A stretch of DNA of 64,000 bases from contig OZ251471.1 of assembly GCA_965242635.1 (NCBI GenBank), positions 331,388 through 395,387 on the forward strand. Direction: 5' to 3'. Within the stretch, counting starts at the first letter, position 1. The number at the start of each line of letters is the position of its first letter. Shown here one piece after another: positions 62,417-64,000 of this stretch. The translations under genes and the position numbers were made by a program. The DNA comes from Bdellovibrionales bacterium (GTDB lineage: Bacteria > Bdellovibrionota > Bdellovibrionia > Bdellovibrionales > UBA1609). A model generated the notes under the pieces. The model was not told the DNA's origin, did no database searches, and saw nothing but the letters and a program-made list of their open reading frames with translations.

Positions 62417-63013
62417 CTATATTGGGACCACTTTCAGCTCAGGCTGGCCCGTTTCGTGCCGAAGGATGTTTTCAATGGCCTCCAAAGTGCCCATCATGGC
62501 ACTGGGGCAACCTCCACAGGCCCCCTGATAGGATATTCTGACCTCCCCATCCTTTACAGACAAAATTTCTATATCCCCTCCATCGGCCCTCAGACCAGGG
62601 CGAATATGATGATCCAAAATACTCTCCATTTTCAAAACCTCAGGGGAGGATTGTTTTGTCGCCCTGTTGTTTGTTAAGTTGTTTGCGTCTTTTTCTTTTT
62701 CATCCTCAGAAAGGAAATCCGGATCATGAAGAGCCATACGGGTCCTTATAATGGCACAGACCTTCTGCTCCATTTCCTCCTCACTCTGAGAACCATCATG
62801 TGTTACGGTGAGCTGATTTTGAAACACAAAGATCTGCCGGATCCCAGGAATATCAAAAAGAGAAAGCAGGAGAGGCAAATGGGCACACTCCTCCCGACGG
62901 TAAAAAGAGGCCCGGCCCTTGTTCTTCAAAGGCCAGTTTAACACAAACTTCAGGGCGTAAGGATTGGGCGTGGCCCACATCCGGACAAGCAAATCCTTTG
63001 TCCTCATATCCAT
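62417..63013 (-). CDS. nfuA: Nfu/NifU-like Fe-S scaffold (Nfu_N + NifU C-domain)
   Basis: NPYALKFVL and IRPGLRADGGDIEILSVKDGEVRISYQGACGGCPSA. Confidence 0.8.
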   Translation of the reverse strand: MDMRTKDLLVRMWATPNPYALKFVLNWPLKNKGRASFYRREECAHLPLLLSLFDIPGIRQIFVFQNQLTVTHDGSQSEEEMEQKVCAIIRTRMALHDPDFLSEDEKEKDANNLTNNRATKQSSPEVLKMESILDHHIRPGLRADGGDIEILSVKDGEVRISYQGACGGCPSAMMGTLEAIENILRHETGQPELKVVPI

Positions 63014-63122
63014 AAAAACCCTCCTTTTTTAAAGCCCTTTTTGTGACTTTTTTTTACCAATAAGGCCCTTATACCTGATTTTGCCCCCTTTGTCCAACTA
63101 AATTGGCAGGAATGACTTGGTT

Positions 63123-63236
63123 TAAACCAAACTGGCACGGGGCAGGGTCTGCCTTTTGAAAAAGGTGTCGCTTTTGGGCTGTTTTCCTCCCACAAGGCAA
63201 ATATGAAACATGCATTTTCAAACAAGATCAGTTTAA
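63123..63236 (-). repeat. R1 element (subfamily a), short GC hairpin
   Basis: AAACCAAACTGGCACGGGGCAGGGTCTGCCTTTTGAAAAAGGTGTCGCTTTTGGGCTGTTTTCCTCCCACAAGGCAAATATGAAACATGCATTTTCAAACAAGATCAG. Confidence 0.9.
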
Positions 63237-63238
63237 CT

Positions 63239-63381
63239 GCTTGTCCAAAAAGCCGTGCCGTGAGGGTCCAAGCTCGCCACGCAGAAAGTATCTGCTCCGC
63301 CGCTATGCTGTTGTTCAATGGCACCGCGACCCCTATCCACCGGGCGGGCGTCCCGAAACGGTGCGGACTTTTTGAACAAGC
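63239..63381 (+). other. 143-nt element closed by a 22-bp helix (candidate structured RNA or MITE)
   Basis: GCTTGTCCAAAAAGCCGTGCCG (63239-63260) pairs with CGGTGCGGACTTTTTGAACAAGC (63359-63381): 19 Watson-Crick pairs, 2 G:U pairs, 1 mismatch and 1 bulge. The G:U pairs exist only in a plus-strand transcript. Confidence 0.45.
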
Positions 63382-63556
63382 AGTGATTCTGTCAGCGAAT
63401 GGCTGAACACATACAGGAATAATAGTTCTTGCCCGCCCGAACAGGGCTAAGGTCTGCCTGCAAGACTTATTGAATGAAAACAACAGGTTTTTTTACAGGC
63501 AGTCAAATTATTATGCTTGACTTCCCTGCTGACAAACCGTATCCTGCCCACAGTGA

Positions 63557-63655
63557 CCGACTGGCAAGAGGTCGCCAACCGACTGGCAAGAGGTCGCAAA
63601 CCGACCGCCAAAAGGTCGCAAACCGACCGCCAAAAGGTCGCAAACCGACCGCATA
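63557..63655. repeat. R3: 4.5 tandem 22-bp units, each a CGAC(C)...(G)GTCG hairpin, ending at the SD of the next gene
   Basis: CCGACTGGCAAGAGGTCGCCAA, CCGACTGGCAAGAGGTCGCAAA, CCGACCGCCAAAAGGTCGCAAA x2 and CCGACCGCATA. Confidence 0.9.
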
Positions 63656-63669
63656 AGGAGAATAAAATT

Positions 63670-64000
63670 ATGAAACCTCTTTTTTTGCTTTTTTTGGTCG
63701 CAGGCCCTTTTGTCCTCCAGGCCCAGTCTGATACAGAATCAGGGCAAGAGGAGGCCATGTCCCCTCCCATCCGCATCTACAAATACAACACCGGGTCGGA
63801 GGCCTGTGCAGACCTCTCCGATCTTCTCCATGACACTCCCCATGCCATGCAAAAAGTCCTGAATGAAAACCAGGTGACTGTGCTCTCCTCCTTCAGAGGC
63901 TATGACGGCCTGATGTATTCCCTGAAAGACCTGCATTGCAAAGATATACCCACCATCAGCATTTTTGAAGTCCCGGCGGAAAGCCACCCTCTTGTCACAG
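63670..64000 (+). CDS. hypothetical secreted protein, 5' partial view (runs off the window)
   Basis: SD AAGGAG lies 9 nt before the ATG at 63670. MKPLFLLFLVAGPFVLQA signal peptide. The frame is open to the window end. Not in the ORF track because there is no stop. Confidence 0.6.
   Translation, partial: MKPLFLLFLVAGPFVLQAQSDTESGQEEAMSPPIRIYKYNTGSEACADLSDLLHDTPHAMQKVLNENQVTVLSSFRGYDGLMYSLKDLHCKDIPTISIFEVPAESHPLVT

Noticed and set aside
63004-63483. 159-aa minus-strand ORF and 67-aa plus-strand ORF (63203..63406)
   Set aside because: Both are assembled from R1 repeat sequence and the helix-closed GC-rich element. The peptide segments match translated R1 copies elsewhere.
63557-63655. Possible CRISPR array (also considered for 7484-7626)
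   Set aside because: The units are directly tandem with no unique spacers. The period of 21-23 bp is too short. No cas genes are present in the window.

Overview
This is a gene-dense bacterial chromosomal segment with no rRNA or tRNA genes and one tmRNA.

**Core content**
- Type IV pilus genes pilB-pilT-pilC plus a PilS-like kinase lie at 8.0-13.8 kb on the minus strand.
- There are two sigma-54 enhancer-binding proteins and three Fe-S assembly genes (sufC, sufD, nfu).
- Other housekeeping genes are PBP1A, uvrA, rplS, ssrA, rpsN, class II HMG-CoA reductase, ung, trmB, 2-oxoacid dehydrogenase E1 alpha and beta, an S41 protease, topA, infA, mnmA and cutA.
- The tmRNA tag (GNSVAFAA), the pil gene order and the sigma-54 usage suggest a Bdellovibrionota or deltaproteobacteria-like organism. 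This is inference only.

**Accessory and unusual content**
1. Two restriction-modification loci are present. The locus at 46.2-49.1 kb has two beta-class methyltransferases flanking an endonuclease gene that is interrupted by a single in-frame TAG. It sits inside a 3.9-kb insertion that separates the E1 alpha and E1 beta genes.
2. A second insertion of about 4 kb lies between the PilS-like kinase and a PilR-like regulator. It carries a very unusual secreted protein of about 890-958 aa with a Cys-rich region, a (GDGG)8 tract and a Gly/Phe/Met/Gln-rich tail with GGGPFGGG motifs.
3. Both insertions contain a truncated Rpn-family nuclease remnant.
4. The window holds several dispersed repeat families:
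   - R1, a ~130-bp three-hairpin REP/MITE-like element with about 10 copies. It overlaps gene stop codons and is translated in-frame inside one CDS.
   - A 60-bp in-frame palindromic unit in the N-termini of two adjacent genes.
   - A 21-23-bp phased hairpin repeat found at five gene boundaries.
   - A 25-nt identical GC hairpin present twice.
5. A 31-nt poly-G tract sits immediately 5' of a cluster of decayed pilin-like reading frames.
6. A ~143-nt element closed by a 22-bp helix (63239-63381) could be a structured RNA or a MITE.

No CRISPR array, transposase or prophage was seen. Start codons are often ambiguous, and several ORF-track starts lie inside repeats. Several apparent frameshifts (recO, a pilin-like gene, a coiled-coil mini-gene) could be real decay or assembly error. 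I cannot tell which from the sequence alone.
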